From Lophium mytilinum (taxonomy: Eukaryota), in contig MU004203.1 in assembly GCA_010093605.1 (NCBI GenBank), positions 326,391-390,390 of the forward strand: 64,000 nt of DNA, given 5' to 3'. Of the stretch, positions 14,934 to 29,089 are shown in pieces. The translations under genes were made by a program, and so were the position numbers. A model generated the notes under the pieces. The model made no database searches and was not told the DNA's origin. It was given only the letters and a program-made list of their open reading frames with translations. Numbering within the stretch: position 1 is the first letter of the stretch; every line of letters starts with the position of its first letter.

Positions 14934-17900
14934 GGTGCAGGGTGTTGCCCAGCTTGGGAAATCCAGCAACATCGCCATAGAGAGTAGTGCGAAGTTTGAG
15001 CGGCTACGCAAGGAGAGTGAGCAGCTCCAGCGCCATCAGGGAGGTTTGAGGAATTATCTGAGCGTGCTAAGATGCATCGAGAGGAATAGTCCCACCTTTG
15101 TGGCCTACCGAATGTGCACACTCGCCAAGCCACTCACTTCCCGTGATCAGAGTCCATTTCGACTTCCCTAGTATAAACATACCTAGGTGGGTCTTGCCCC
15201 TTGATCCAACACAAAATCGGGACTGTAAGAGCAACCTTGGGTTCATCAAAACCTACAAACCGTCCGCGCGATGGAACAGAGAGGAGTATCAAATAAGACT
15301 TCGAGGTTATCGATGGGAGTGCTGGTGGTGCCACTTCAACATCCGCGCTCAGTGACGTTCACTATCTCTAAACCGTACTTGAAACCACCGTACGTATATC
15401 CCGCCCATCAATATTTTCCCTCTCTACTCAGCATCCCTTCCACATCTCTTTGCTCTCCAACATCACCCTTTCCTCACCTCCCATCTCCATGTGTTTAATA
15501 GCTCTGTCGTTTTGCTCCTCCCCTTCCCCCTTCCATCATGTGTTTGCCACTAGGGTTTGATGTTCCGTTAGATCACCACAATCCCCTCCTCCTCCTCCAC
15601 CATAAGAACGTGTGCAGTGTGTTGTTGCCCCAAGTCTCTCCATCCGTATCGAGCATGTCTGCTTTTTGATCCGAAACACCCCACTCCATCGCGAGGCACA
15701 CTGTGTTTTGTCGATCACTCCCCGGAGCTGGACATCAGATACGACACGATGTGCTTTTATTGCATGTCCAGCTCCTCGACCTCTGCAGTTGGAAGATTGG
15801 GGGGATTGGGGGGAGTTTATATAGGCGATATCAGGGAGGGGCCATGGCGAGCACGTGAGGGGCTCGTGCTTGCGATTGGTAAGGCGTGCAGTGCAAGGGT
15901 CAGGAATAGAATGGAGACAGAGGACGGTCATGGGGTAAGGGGCCGGTCAGTTGAGTCTCGTGACAGCAATATTCTCCTCCTGGGGCGAGGGTATAAAACA
16001 GTCAAAATCTTTCGAGGACAAGAGTGCTTCAGCGGGCGGTCGGGTTGAGCAACACAGCCACCAACTCTCCGCCATGGGTGGGAAGAGGGATTGACACGCT
16101 GGCTATGGCACTGCAATGGAGAGGGTCTGCGGAGCGGGTAGCAAACTCTGCATCTTCCCTGTAATATGGATTGTGTGGCCGATCGAGTGCGCGCCAGCAT
16201 ACAGAAACAAGTGGTAATGCTCCGCACCACCGCTCTTCTATCACGGGTCCCATCTCTTCGAAATTCGATACCTCTTCATCGTCCGCTCTAACTATTGACC
16301 CCTATCACCACCCAAATCTATGGGAACGCATCACTAAAGGCTCCCGATACCGACCACCGCCCAACCACTACCGCCACTCCCCATGCGGATCTTCAGATGC
16401 TTGTGTTGTTCTTCCCCCCCCGCCACGATCCCATTATCTTCTTCCATCTTTGCTTTGACTCCCCCACAAGCGCAACATCGTGACCGTTGATAACGATGTT
16501 TGCTATCCACCTCCCATGTCTTCATTCTCCGTGCGCGTTGCTTCTCCCCTTGTGAACACTGGTTGAGCGGATGATCCACTGCCCCAGAGCTGCACATAAG
16601 GGGACAGCTTCGCGAGTTTTGATGTCCACCTCACTTCTCCAAAATTTCCTGAGGGTCAAGAGGGGGAGGGAGAGGCGTGTTTTATAGCTGGAGATTAGGG
16701 AGGGAGGAGGTGGTCACGGGGTATACGTGACTTGTTGAGCTGTTTTTAAAGGGTAAGGGAAGGGGGGAATTGGGTTGGTAAGCTGACACGTGAAGGGCGG
16801 TAGCTGCGGGGGTTCGAGGGGTATATTAGGGGTTGAGACTGCGGGACTTTGATTTTCTTTAGTGGAGTGTGGGTTCGTTTCTTAAGAAGCTCGAGGCAAA
16901 GAATACATGGGAAGGAGTGCATGGGAAGGAGGCAGGGAGAGGCGAAAAAGTGTGCCAACTATGGAATCATGGAGATTTGGGATCAAAACCGTCCAAACAA
17001 CGCGACGATGGAGGATCGGCAGATCACCAGGAAAAATCAACATCGATGGGAGAAGGAGTGGAGCGGCGCGAAGTAGTGATATCCTCCATTACTCTTCGAT
17101 CTTGCTTCAGCTTTCTACCATTCTCGGCAGATAGAAGACGTACTTTTCTTCTTTAGATGGTTGTTAGCATGCTGATAAAATATAGAACTGCATCATCGAC
17201 TCCTTCCACTTCCTCCTCTCCATTCTCTAATTGCGCTTCTGCTTTCGCACCACCAAACTCCCACCCCTTCCGCCATTGCAGTCTCGGACCTCCGATTTTG
17301 ACAGTCCCACTTCCCCGCCCACCATCGCGGCACGGCGGACAGCGTTCTGACCTTGAACCTCCGGCCAAGAGTTGGACACCATGATTCCAGTTAGTGAATC
17401 TAAATGTTCAGCTCTCTCGCCAACTCCCTTGCGGTTGGAAAGAAAAGAGTGAAGGGAGGATTTTATACTCGGAGCCAGAAAGAAAATGGGTAGGTCACGA
17501 GGCACACGTGCTTCAATTCCTAACCGGCGTGGCATCGTTCTATTGGGTAGTAGCGTATAGAAGAGAAGCATGTGATTACGGAACGCACGAGCTCTACTTT
17601 GGAAAGGTGCACGTGCAGCTTCATTTCCACGGATCCTGGGGGTATAAAAGAGAATCTTCATACCTCGAGAACTTCAAGGAGGACTTGGGTTGTGGTGAAA
17701 ATCGGCCCGAGGAAAGGAAAAATGAGTTGGGGATGTACAAATCCGCCATGCCGCAACTGATGTGGGCGTGTGTGCGGAGGACGGATCAAACAAGCTGGTA
17801 TTCGAGTTGATGGAGAGTGGGAAGAGGATCGGCGGGCCTACGATCGATATCGGTGATACTAACCATCCCCTCTTCCTCCTTTCACTCTTCACCTCCACCC

Positions 17901-19186
17901 AGTGTCGTCTCATCGCTGCCAAGTACGTCTACTGCTCCCCACCAGCATCTCAACTCAATTTCCTTCTTTCCTGCCCCAAGATGCCCCACATCACCATCAC
18001 TCTTTCTCCCTCTTCCCCATATTCTCCAGCTCTCGTTGAGGAATTGAACACCAGACCCCACACCATGGCATGTTTCTCTGGTCAATCTTGACCAACCCCC
18101 GCAACCGCCACCATAGCTTCTGCCTCGTTGTCGTGTTTAATGGTCCAAATGCGCCTCACATCGTACTTGGCCGAGAGAGTTTTTGACCTCTGCCCTGGAG
18201 CAGGACATCAAGTTACTCCGCTATTCAATTTTGATGGCTAGCTCCCATCGAACCGCCTTGCAGCTCGAAGAATCGAAACCAGAAGGGTTCTTATAGTCGA
18301 AAAAGACACGCAGTCAGCAGCGTGCACGTGACTGTCACAACATGCTTAGCACGAGGAGGTGCTGGTCTAAAACCTTAAGTAAGCGAGTCATATATGCTCT
18401 GTAACACTCTTCTTCGGACGTCGTGCAAAAAAATAATGTGACTATGCTTCATAGGTTGGATGGGGGTTTAAGCAGTTGCAACAACGTGAAAAGAAGATAA
18501 GGTGTGGAGCGTAATTTAGAGGTAGATGTGCAAGTGTAGTAAAACAAGCGTGGTAATCAGACGTGAAGGCTTTGAAACTTGGGGCTCTGATCCTAAGCCC
18601 GAGGGCTATTGAAAACTGCAAAGAAGTGGGAAAAAGAATAAGTATGAGAAAGTGTAATTCGAGCCCGACAAACTCGGCTACCTCACAAGGCTATCATTCA
18701 TACGCCCCAGGGGCCTTCACAAGATCCAAACCCCACACAAAACACACAAGAAAAGTGCACAAAACAGGGTGTACTAGCACCTGGTATTTTTTCTAGAACT
18801 CAAGCGAAGGAAAAGAGGTGGGGGGAGGGAGTCATTCAGGGCCTCAAGAAATATCTCAAGTAGATCACCAGCCCCCATCGCATTAAATGTGTTTAATCCC
18901 AGAAAAAGAATACCCAAAAAGCCCCCCCTCCCCAACCCCCTGACCTAACACAGAACCATGAAGAGAGAGCCCCGGGGCCGCCCGCAAATGAAGGAAAAGA
19001 AGGGGGGGATATGATCGCTCAAAGTAGAAGAAAGCCACACGCTCGCTAGACCCAGCCCTTGCACACCCGGAAACACCCTGCCCAATTCGATTGCAAAACC
19101 CACAGGAAAGAAGAAGGAACATGAAAAAGGCCCTAAATTATACCGCAACCGTTACAGAGCACCTAACACACCCGCTCCGTGGCTCG

Positions 19187-21397
19187 CTACTGTTGCGGGT
19201 AGAACACCTGGCCCTGCGCTGGGACTGGGACTTGGGGATAGTAGTACCCGTCTGGACTGGGCGTCATCATCCCGCCCATACCCGGTACTGCGTAGCTCGC
19301 CGGCGCGTACCCTTCTGCTGGTTGTTGGTACATCTGCGACGGGTCGTAGTAGTACGTCATACCGTTCTGCTCGTACGCCATCATTGCTGGCGGGGGCGCA
19401 GAGGTGGGCGCGGTGGACGTAGGGGGTGGAGGGACGGGCATTACGTAGCCGGCGGCTTGAGGATTGGGGACAAACATAGGCACCATGCCTGGGGCGGCGA
19501 ACTGCGGTTGTGGACCATTGGCGGGCGGTGGGTAATAGAAGCCTGGTTGCATAGGGAACGCCTGCGGCGGGAACCCGGGCTGTTGGAACGGCTGGAAGGC
19601 TGGGGCATGGATAGCTCGTTCTGGAATGTTTGACAGAGGAGTGCCGGTAGATGCCTGACTGGGGTAAGAAAGCTGGCGTGAATGGGGATAGAACGTTGGA
19701 GGTTCGGTAGGCGCGGTAGCCCCGTTGGCCCCGTTCATGTGCGCAGGTACTTGCTGATGGAACGGTTGCTGTTCTACCTGCTGTGGGGCGTGGAACTTGA
19801 TAGATGCAGGCGACTCAATTCCGGCAACGGAAATCGTTTTCTGCGGTCGTGGTTGGTGCATGGGGATTTGACCTTGCCAGTTCTCCCGGAAGTTGGGCTT
19901 CTGCGGTAGGGGATATGTCTGCGGCGGCGGCATGTTGACAACAGGAGTCCCGCCACTTGGAGAAGTGACCGAGTGAGGTCCGGAGGGATGTTGGCCACCG
20001 GGGGGTAGGCGAACAACAGGCCTCTCCACGGGTCCTCCTGCCCTCGACATGACAGACCCAGCTGGAGATACAAGTCCGTCCCTACCCATCTCTCGCGCCA
20101 TAGACGACCTCCGGCTCATCGCCACGCTAGGCGAATATACGCTTCCTCCGTAGGCACTGGTTCGTCGGCTGGAGAAACCACCGTAGCTTCCAAATCCTCC
20201 TCTGCCACGTCCCCGACCAAACCCTTGCTGATTCGGCCGTAGCGCTCGAGGTATGAATATGAATGATCTGTCGATAGTCGGGAAAATATATCGGGGTGGG
20301 TGGTCGGGTAGAGAGATGCGGACAGGTTTGTCGCGACGGAGGGGTGGCCGGTGGTTCGGGAGCCTCGTATGTTGCTTTGCTGGGACGCCCTGGAACACGA
20401 TGGGAGCTTTCATCCCAAGAAGGGACACTCGTACGTTTAAGCTGCCTGTTTGAACGGTGGAAGAGAAGGAGCGGACCGGCGCGGCCTTCGGGGCGGGAAG
20501 TGCGGGTTTGACGAAATGTGCGGGCTGGTGGTGGTTATGCGAGGGTACGTGGGGCGGCACTGCTGTTGGCTGCATGACGGGTTGTGGCCGATGCGGTGGA
20601 GACATCTCATTGACGGTCTGATGGAGATCATGCTGCCAAGGACCATCGGTAGCCTCAGGTGGCATCGACATGCTGGGACAAGGTTAGTACTCCACTCGAC
20701 TTCCAGACGGGGCGTACGGTTCGGACGAAAGCACTTACTTGGCTGGAGAGAATGGACCTCCCACCATTCCCCGTCCCCGACCCCTTCCACGTCCAAACTG
20801 TCCTCTGAAGTTCTGGCCAGCCGCTGATCGTTGATCGTGCATGAAGAAGGCTCCCCGGTTCGGTATGAAGGCCGGATCTGAGTCTCTCTTCTTCTTGTAT
20901 TCGTCGTGCTCCCGCCGCTTGCGCTCCGCAAATGTTTCGAGCCGGTTGGCAGATGCAGAGTCCCCAGCCTGCGGGGTGTCGCCGGAAAGCCTGGTGTCGC
21001 CTCCGCCATCAAAGTCCATGCCCTCATCATCGCCTGCGGCTCCTTCTGATATTTTTAGGCCGTTCATCATAACATCCGTGTCCCGTAGTGCTGTGAAGTT
21101 GGTGTCTGATCGCGCAATCGCCGGGGAGAGACCATCGTCAGGCGGCAGGACATTGAGCGGTTTCACGTCGTTTTTGGCTCCGATGGCATTTGATTTGGCC
21201 TTTGCCGATGTCAGAGAGGGCGCCGTCTCGGCCTCGCTCAGGTCGCTGTCATCCGCATCGCCATCTGCGTCGCTGGCGATGGAAGCCTCGCTCTGTGAAT
21301 CATCGACGAGGTCTGTCGCCACCTCGCCATCCTCCTCTCCCTCCTCGTCCACCCTCCGCCTGCGGGATGTGAGTGGTCGTTTGCGTGTGCCAGGCAT
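19187..21397 (-). CDS. CASC3/Barentsz (Btz) eIF4AIII-binding domain protein (2 exons; intron 20738-20673)
   Basis: Btz-like core ETFAERKRREHDEYKKKRDSDPAFIPNRGAFFMHDQR followed by RGG motifs, and a Pro/Gln-rich C-terminus with HRPPLRRDKPVRISLP. The splice gives an in-frame join. Confidence 0.85.
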
Positions 21398-22136
21398 ATT
21401 AGTGACGTGGGAGGTAGAGAGGGAGCCCTAAAGACGCTGTTCAGAGATGCCTCTATAAGAGAAAGAGAGTATCTGGGGTATAGGCATTAGAAAGGACTGC
21501 GCTACGTAGAGGGGGGGAGAGACAACGCACCAGTTTAGGGTGAGAGGTACGAGTATAGCGCGGTAGGGGAGGTCTGGTCCCTAACACGCGCTGCAAGAAG
21601 TGAAAGGGTGGATGTTGTGGGGGTATAAGAGCGGTAGCTAGAGGTTTGAGAAAATGTGACGCCAGGCTTAAGGCTCCCCAGCAGCCGCTAACCGAAAACT
21701 GTCGCCGCGCCTGGGGAGATCCCCAGACCAACCACACTCCACCAGCACTAACCCCACAAGATATTCACTGATTCCGCCCTGCCTTAACGATTATCTCTCA
21801 AACTGTGGGAGGAGATACGCAAGGGAGAATTAAAATTGGTGCTGGCACTGGAAGACGGTACTTCGCGCAAAGTCACGGGACTACAGCTTCAAGAAGGGCA
21901 GCAAGGGTTAACTAATGAATGTAAAACTTTGTATAGGAAGCTTTGTAAGATTTCATAGTCGCTGTCTACTATCACTTCGTCTCTGCTAAGAGGTGAGGAC
22001 ATGTATCACTTTGGACACCATGCCGTGTGGTAGGTGAACAGAATGCAAGCTCAGGATATCAATCCTCATTACTTAGTACGGATATACTACACTGCATATC
22101 ATATCTACTTTCTTCCAGCCTCGTCCGTTTCTTCTA

Positions 22137-24524
22137 TCAGCTTTCCGCGCCCAACCTTGCCAGTTCATTCGTGACAAAGTCCTGGGCGCTCATCAACTCA
22201 GTCGATCCGTACACTACCCGCCTCCGGACGGCCGTTGGTGCACTTGTGCGTTTGGCCCACTCCAGTAGGTTCCCATACTCATCCATCGAGCCACCTCCAA
22301 CTGTGAAAACGATAGCTTCCGAGAAGCCCTGGCGTCTCTGTCCAAAGCTTGCCTCAATTCCACGTGCCGCGTTTCCGGTCTGGTTCCTTGCCTGGCTAGC
22401 TGGAGGCATAGTGCCGCGTGCATTCGCAGACCTGGGGTCAAAGTAGAGGTAGTTTTCGGTCTTCGATATCGCAGATGACGAGGCATTCTGCGGGTCCATA
22501 AGGGATTCGGTGATTTTCGTTAGAGTGAGGTCTTTATTCGCGGGGAGGAAGTTCTTGATGCCAGAAACCAGTCCTTCCAAATTGGCGCCGAGGCCTGCAT
22601 CCTTGAAGCGGTCTGTCACGCGACTAGAAAGACTGCTGAATCCTCGGAACAGCTCGTTGGAGTTTGACTGCGCTGATTGAGTCGGCGCCGACGAAATCAT
22701 CGTCATTCGCGTCAGCTGCCGAACAGTCTTGATATATTTCAAGGAGGTTGTGTCAGCTCCAGCCGCTTGCAGTGCTTGATCAAAGCCTTCCACATCAGTC
22801 CGGGAGACATCTTGTTCGGTACTCAGATACCTAGAACCAGGTCAGCAGTGCGTGCGAAACTGGCCATAATCTGAGCATACCAAATGATGAATAGACGCAG
22901 TTTGTCGCGCGGCTCGTTGCCCTTATCAGGGTCTTTTATTAGCTCCATTATTTGTGCCTTTGTTTGCTTGGTAATGTTCTCCTCTAGCTGGAAGAAGTTG
23001 TCCAGTTGCCGATCTAGATGGGTACGTTAGCAACATGGCAGCTCGAAGTTGGCAATTCAGATCTTACCCTTGATTCCTTTTAGCAATTGCCCTAGAATAG
23101 ACATGTGCATGTCAAGTGTAGATTTGCGCTCTCGCAATTCGGGCAGCAGGGTGATGGCAGCCTTCAGGTGCGCCGCGCTAGTGCTGGAGTCTTGTTGCAA
23201 GTCTTCTAGAGATGACGCGCCAGTTTTCCTAGTTATGTCATTGGCATCCTCTTTGTATTTAGTGAGCTCCATGTCAATGTCCTCGGCAACTTGGGGGAAA
23301 GGAACGCCAGCATTCCGGCTCCAGAAGTAGTCGTTCGAATTGAGATCGTAGGCCTTCTTTAGCGTGCCTTTGGCCGGATTGCTTTCGTCGACGGGCACTT
23401 CCATTGTGATTCGGTTCAGATGCATTTTCAGCACGTCGTACACTAAGGATTGATATGTCCACGAGTGACCTAACATGGCAACAAGATCCACTGTTCTGCA
23501 TGTCAGTAATTTGAAGCTGTTGTATCTAAAAAATGACGTACCATTTCGATCGACAATGATGAGGACTGGCCGTGTAGTAGACGTCGCTTTCTGGTCGCCT
23601 CCGGAGAACAGGTTCTGTTTTGAATCCAAGACGTGGTCCCTGAGCTTTCTGTCTAGCTTGGCCGCAATCATCTCCGCAGCACCTCCTTTCGGACACCGAA
23701 TTATGGGGATTGTGCCATGCGTTACAACCACGCTGAAGAGTCCGCTGACTATGCGTTCGATCGTGACATCCAGCTCCTCATCTGTGGTCTTTGCGCTGTT
23801 TAAGATGGAGTATGCGTCGTTGATTGAGAGCGAGAACAAATCGGGCTCGGACACGACGAAATTAAGGTATTGGTCGTATATCTGCGCGAGGTGTTCTGAT
23901 GTTCCAGAAGCAGCAGTTTGAGAGGCGAAGTCTTCAAGCAGCGGTCGTGGGATAGAGGAGAGAAAATTTATGTAGGCGGGAGAGTAGAGGTTGCGGGCAA
24001 GGTCGGAGGTTATTATTTGGAGGTTGGCAGATGTGGGCTCGACGAGGTAGATCACAGGCACATCAGGTATAGAGTGCCTTGTGGTGTTTATGGATAGATG
24101 GATCGTGACCTGCTCAAGTCAGCATACTGTCCCGTAGATTGGCTGCATAGGATTGCGAAGTACAGGCGGGTTGACTTACTCCCCAAGCTCGAAGGTCGCT
24201 CACTCGCAGCACGCTGGATATGACATCCTTGCCCATTTTGTCAAAGACCAAGACCTAGGTATTCTTAGTTCTTATTCCCACAGTCTACGAGCAGGCATCA
24301 AACCTTCCATATCGGCTCGCCCGTCTCGGACAGTATGGGGGAGTTGGGCTGTAGAAATCCTGGCGTGGAGTCATGATGCTCCGCGTTTACGGGAGACTTT
24401 TGGTTGAGGTTAAGGATGGTCTCGATTGAAGCTATGTATACAGATTAGAACTACATACTCCTGCTAGGGTATGTCTCTACTTGCCCACTTGTTTATCGCG
24501 AAGTGTCTGATGGTGAGCGGCCAT
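22137..24524 (-). CDS. sly1: Sec1/Munc18-family ER-Golgi SM protein Sly1, multi-exon
   Basis: Starts MAAHHQTLRDKQ. Contains VISSVLRVSDLR, PVIYLVEPT, IYDQYLNF, IPIIRCPKGGAAEMIA, HSWTYQSLV, YLYFDPR and EAIVFTVGGGSMDEYGNL...VVYGSTE. Confidence 0.93.
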
Positions 24525-25616
24525 GGTGGAGGGTGAGGGCTGGCGCCAGCCGGTTTGCAGGTCACCTCATGTGCAGACGGACGAGGCAGCAGAGGAGCAA
24601 GAGGACAGCTTGCACAGATAATTGTATTCGAGCTTCGTGGACACTCTACGTGGAGGTCAGTGTGGCACTTCCAATTCCACGGCCAGGCGTTCCTGCCTGC
24701 ACGGACCGATTGCGGCCTAGCGTGCTTGGCGGCGGCCTTTTCATCGCTGCCCGCCCGCCTCTTCTCCTCACTCCTGCAACACACTCACCCGTGGACACTC
24801 CTTTGACTCCATCAACCTTTCCTGACTTCTCCGTTTGCATAATCATCGCAGTGACGCCGCCGTGCAGTAGAGACGTCTGCGCGTGCGTGTGAGCCCGCTA
24901 TTTGGCTTCTCGAGGACGTCGTGAGCGGCGCTTTGGTGAGGTGGCGATTTGTGTGTTGTGCTGCTGGCCGCCGGTCGGGTTTTCGTGACGGGCAGAGTGA
25001 CGCCCTTCATCAGCCAGGGCCAGTGACACGGCCTCTACAAAGGTATCAATCAAAGGCGCATACAGCCCGGTGTGTGGCCGCTGCTGCCATCGCTCATTTA
25101 AGGGTCGTTGCTCGTGGGGCAGCGCTGGAGGCGTCCGTTGTTGCGAGGATCGCGGTCGTAGAGACAGCGACAGCTCTCCTGGCAGCCTTGGGTGACGAAG
25201 GCCTCCGACTCCGCCGCGCGCAGCACCCGGCTTTTTCTCCCCCAGCAAACAGTCGCAGGTCGCAAGGCTCGCCCGCTCCAAACCAACTCGCAGACGCAGC
25301 AGGCAACGCGCGCAGAACAAGGCAAAGGCACAGAAGGCAACCCGGAAGGACCAGGGAGCAGGGAGCACCACGCGCTTCGTCCGCAAGGGGTGCCATTAGC
25401 ATCACAAACGCAGCAAACCCACCGTTTCCGCTCTCCGGCCACGCTGCAACGGGGCTAGTGCCGGTGCCGCTTTAACCCGGCTGCATAAGCATCCCGCGGC
25501 GTCACAGTTTCTCAGGCAGCCCAATCACCAGCTGTCTCTCTCCCTAAGCGAGGTCCATCAATCGGCCCGCATTCTCGGCTTTTCCATCCCGTCTCACCAT
25601 ACACCATAAACTCATA

Positions 25617-28600
25617 ATGGCAAATCCCAATCACGTGCACGATGACACTCTCCACGTCCACAACGGACAGAACATCTACGCCGATCCAGAGTACAATCCT
25701 CTGTTCCCGGGCACCGTCAACCCGTCCTTTGACCCCAATGCCTACAACCACTACGCTGCCTCCGCCCCACCCCAGGCTTGGCAGCAACAGCCGACCATCT
25801 CACGGCCAGAATCAGCGCTGGGCGCCCCCTACGAAGCCAGCAACCAGTTCTACGGCCGCCCCTTCTCCAACAGCCCGCTGCAGTTCCAGGACCAGCCCTT
25901 TCGCCATGCGAACATCAACTCGTACTCCCAGCAGCCTGCGGTGGACCCATCCCTGGTGTCATCCTCCATGCGGCAACCCAGCTACGACCTGGGAATGAGG
26001 AACATGATGCCCACGAGCGGCTCGCCGAGCACCATTTCCCCGCAGGCACTTCAAACCACCATCAGGATCAAGCAAGAGGACCAGTCGTCGATGCTGAACA
26101 GCCACAAAGCTAGTCCCGCCGTCCAAGTATGTCCAACCCATTCAAGACGACCCACTCAAGCTAACATCTCCAGGAGCCCGCACCCAAACCATCTGCACAG
26201 TCGTATGGCTTCCAGCAGTCGGTCCCGCCAGCAAAGGTGGCTGTGCCTGTGAATCCGTCCATCGTGACGCCAAAGGGTGAATTGCAGGGTAAATTCATGG
26301 TCAAGAATCTCGACGAACTCGTAAAGGCCACAAAATCCGTCCGCTTGCACCACTTCGTGACTCTCAGTGATATTACTCTAGACTTGCCACTCAATAAAAG
26401 TAGGATCCCCAACCCAAATACTCACCACCCCCACACCACATTGCAATGACTGACCGTGTCAAAGCTACGATCCCCAACTACATGCCAAGGAAGTCCAAGC
26501 GGGAGATTAGGATCCTAGCTGCCAACGATAAGCACCTATCGAGTATGTTCTCCTTCGCCTTACACAGCCATTGTGGCACTTCAATAGCTAACATACTGGA
26601 CAGCAAAAATCACCAAGAAGTCCGGCAAGAAGTCGTCAGCCACCCTGAGGGCCCCTCGCATCCGGACTGAACTTTCAAGTGCACAGTCTCCGACAAGTCT
26701 GAAGCGGGAGTATAGTGACAGTGCTAGCGAGACAGACTCGTCTGATGATTCTGACTACTCCTCGGATGAGGAAACCCCTGAGCCCTCCCCGTTGCCAGAT
26801 TCAAGGCCCGAAGAGCCCAAAGCCGCCGTGAACTATGATGTGACCAAAGCCATCTGGCTACCTTCCAAGTCTTCTGCCAGACCTGAGCAGATTCGCACTG
26901 CTCTCGTTGATTTCTGGGAGGTGGTTCGGACGATCAGGGATCGGTGGCGCCTCGACAATGCTGCTGTCAAGCAGGCAGAGGAGAAGAAGAGGGTTAGCGA
27001 GCTCCCTATGCTGAGGAGCCGCGTTGGGAGCCAACAGGCCATGATGGAGGTAGCGCTCAAGACCGCTCTTGAGCGTGGCCATCCGGACATTGTTCACCAC
27101 CTTAGCGAGAACAAGCCTTTCCTTCTTCTTCTTTACCAGTTCATTGCGGACCGCATCACGTCCAAAGATTACGATGGCGTTATGGTTGGCGTCATTCTGG
27201 ACCTTCTGTCGCGATGTAGCACCCTGACAAATGCCAAACTCGAAGAGTCTAAGCTGTCCAAAGTCTTCACCATAATGTCTAAGCCGGGAAAAGGCAATGA
27301 TAAGACGAAAGCACAAATCAAGCAGATTCTGGCTAAAGTTGCGGCGTCGCCGGAGACTAAGGTTGCGTCCCCTGCACAGAAGTCTGGTGATACAAAGGAC
27401 AACACCAAGACCACGCAGCCAACAACACGACCCTCTGCCGAGCCTCTGGCAGGCAATAAGCGGCCGCGAACTACGGATGGTATTTCGGGTGAGCCTGCGA
27501 AGAGGGTTGCCTCAGGCCTTAACAGACCAGCTATATCTACCACCGCAAAAGCCCCAACAAATGGGCTGAAGCGCCCTGGCGACAGATCTGTAGCTCCAAC
27601 CAACGCTGCACCAAAGGCCAAGGTCAATCCCTTGGTTGCGAAACCGACAAGTCTCTTCTCCAACTTGCAGTCAGCGCCAAAGAGACCCGGTGCTCAACCT
27701 GTGACCAAGCTAGGAGCTCACGCAAAACCTGCCGCCAATGCTTTGGGCCAAAAGAAAGCTGCTACGGCACCTCCCATGCGATCCGCGGCGCCAGCATTCT
27801 CATTCGCCGAGACTATGGCCAACTTGATGAAGCCGAAGGAACCGGAAGTGGTGGTCAAGCCCGAGGAGAAACGACCGCCAGAGACACCGGAGGAAAAGGC
27901 AAAGCGGCTTCGGAAAGAATCTCGTCGACATCTGCGGGTAGCTTTTCGTCCGGATGCGACTCTTGTTAGCGTTCGATACTTCAGTCACGACCCCGAAGAA
28001 GAGGTTGGCCATGACGCTAGTATGGTCCGTGACGCCGGTGACGTTGGCGGTGAAGGTCGCATGTTCAAGCAGCATAAGGACATGGACGAGGATGATGAAG
28101 ATGACGACCTGCCTCGTGAAGAGTCGTTCCGTGACTGGATTGAGCCATCAGAGATTGACTTTAGCGTTATCGCCAACGATGAGCGCAAAAAGAATTACCC
28201 TAAATACGGTGGAGGCATGAACGAGGATTGGAAGTTCCCTGAGAAAGAGGAGAACGAACGCCGGGAGGCCAATACACTAATGGTGTTCTATGCTCAAAAG
28301 TCTGATATCCCGCCGTCGCCACGAGAGCCACCTGAGCAGGCCGAAAAGGCTCCAGCAGAAGTTGTTCAGTTTGGCCTACCACCCCAAGAAGTCCTCAACC
28401 GTGCCGCTGCTTTTGCACCTGTTCCTGTGCAGCCTCCAGTGCAAGACTTGGCTGCAATCTTCAACATGATGGCTCAACAACCTCAGCAGCAGCCAGTTGC
28501 TCCGACTTCTCAGCTCGAGAGCGTCTTCGCGCAATTTGCAGCCAAACCTGCTCCAGCACCACAACAGACCCCTCCTACCGACATCTACTCGATCCTCGGC

Positions 28601-29089
28601 GCACTTCAACAGCCACAGGCGCCGCAGCAAGTGCCACAGATGCCGCAGTATCCTTCTCCTTTCGGCGTGCAGCCACCTCCCCAGGCCGCACCTTCCCCAG
28701 ACGTGAATGCTCTACTAGCGACACTCTTTTCCACCAGTCAACCAAATGGTGCCGCTCCTCAAGCGCCTTTCAATATGCCCTACAACTTCGCAAACATGGG
28801 CCAGCAGCTTCAAGGCCAGCATCAGCAACAGTCCGCTGTCTACGAGAACGAAGAGCGTAAGCGATGGCGTGAGAACGGCGGCTACCAAGAACCTCCTCCC
28901 GCTGACCGTGGGTCTGAGCGTGAACACGGCGGCTCGTTTAAGAAGGGGAAGAACAAAAACAAGGGAGGATCTGGAGGTTTCCAGAAACCGCACAAGGTAC
29001 ACCCGTGTAGGTTCTTCCAGGAGGGCAAGTGCGCGAAGGGCGATGCGTGCACGTATATCCATGATCCGAATGATGTTAGGAAGCGGTGA
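25617..29089 (+). CDS. Large nuclear protein with an RVxF PP1-docking motif and a C-terminal CCCH zinc finger (probable PNUTS/Ppn1/Ref2-type), multi-exon
   Basis: Short 5' exons splice into long ORF 26792..29089. It contains a helical domain (LLYQF...LEESKLSKVF), RKESRRHLRVAFRPDATLVSVRYF, a Q/P-rich tract and a terminal CRFFQEGKCAKGDACTYIH. Confidence 0.8.

Noticed and set aside
24530..25610. Overlapping ORFs between sly1 and the PNUTS-like gene
   Set aside because: This is a GC-rich divergent promoter/UTR region, and the ORFs have low-complexity composition with no family motifs.
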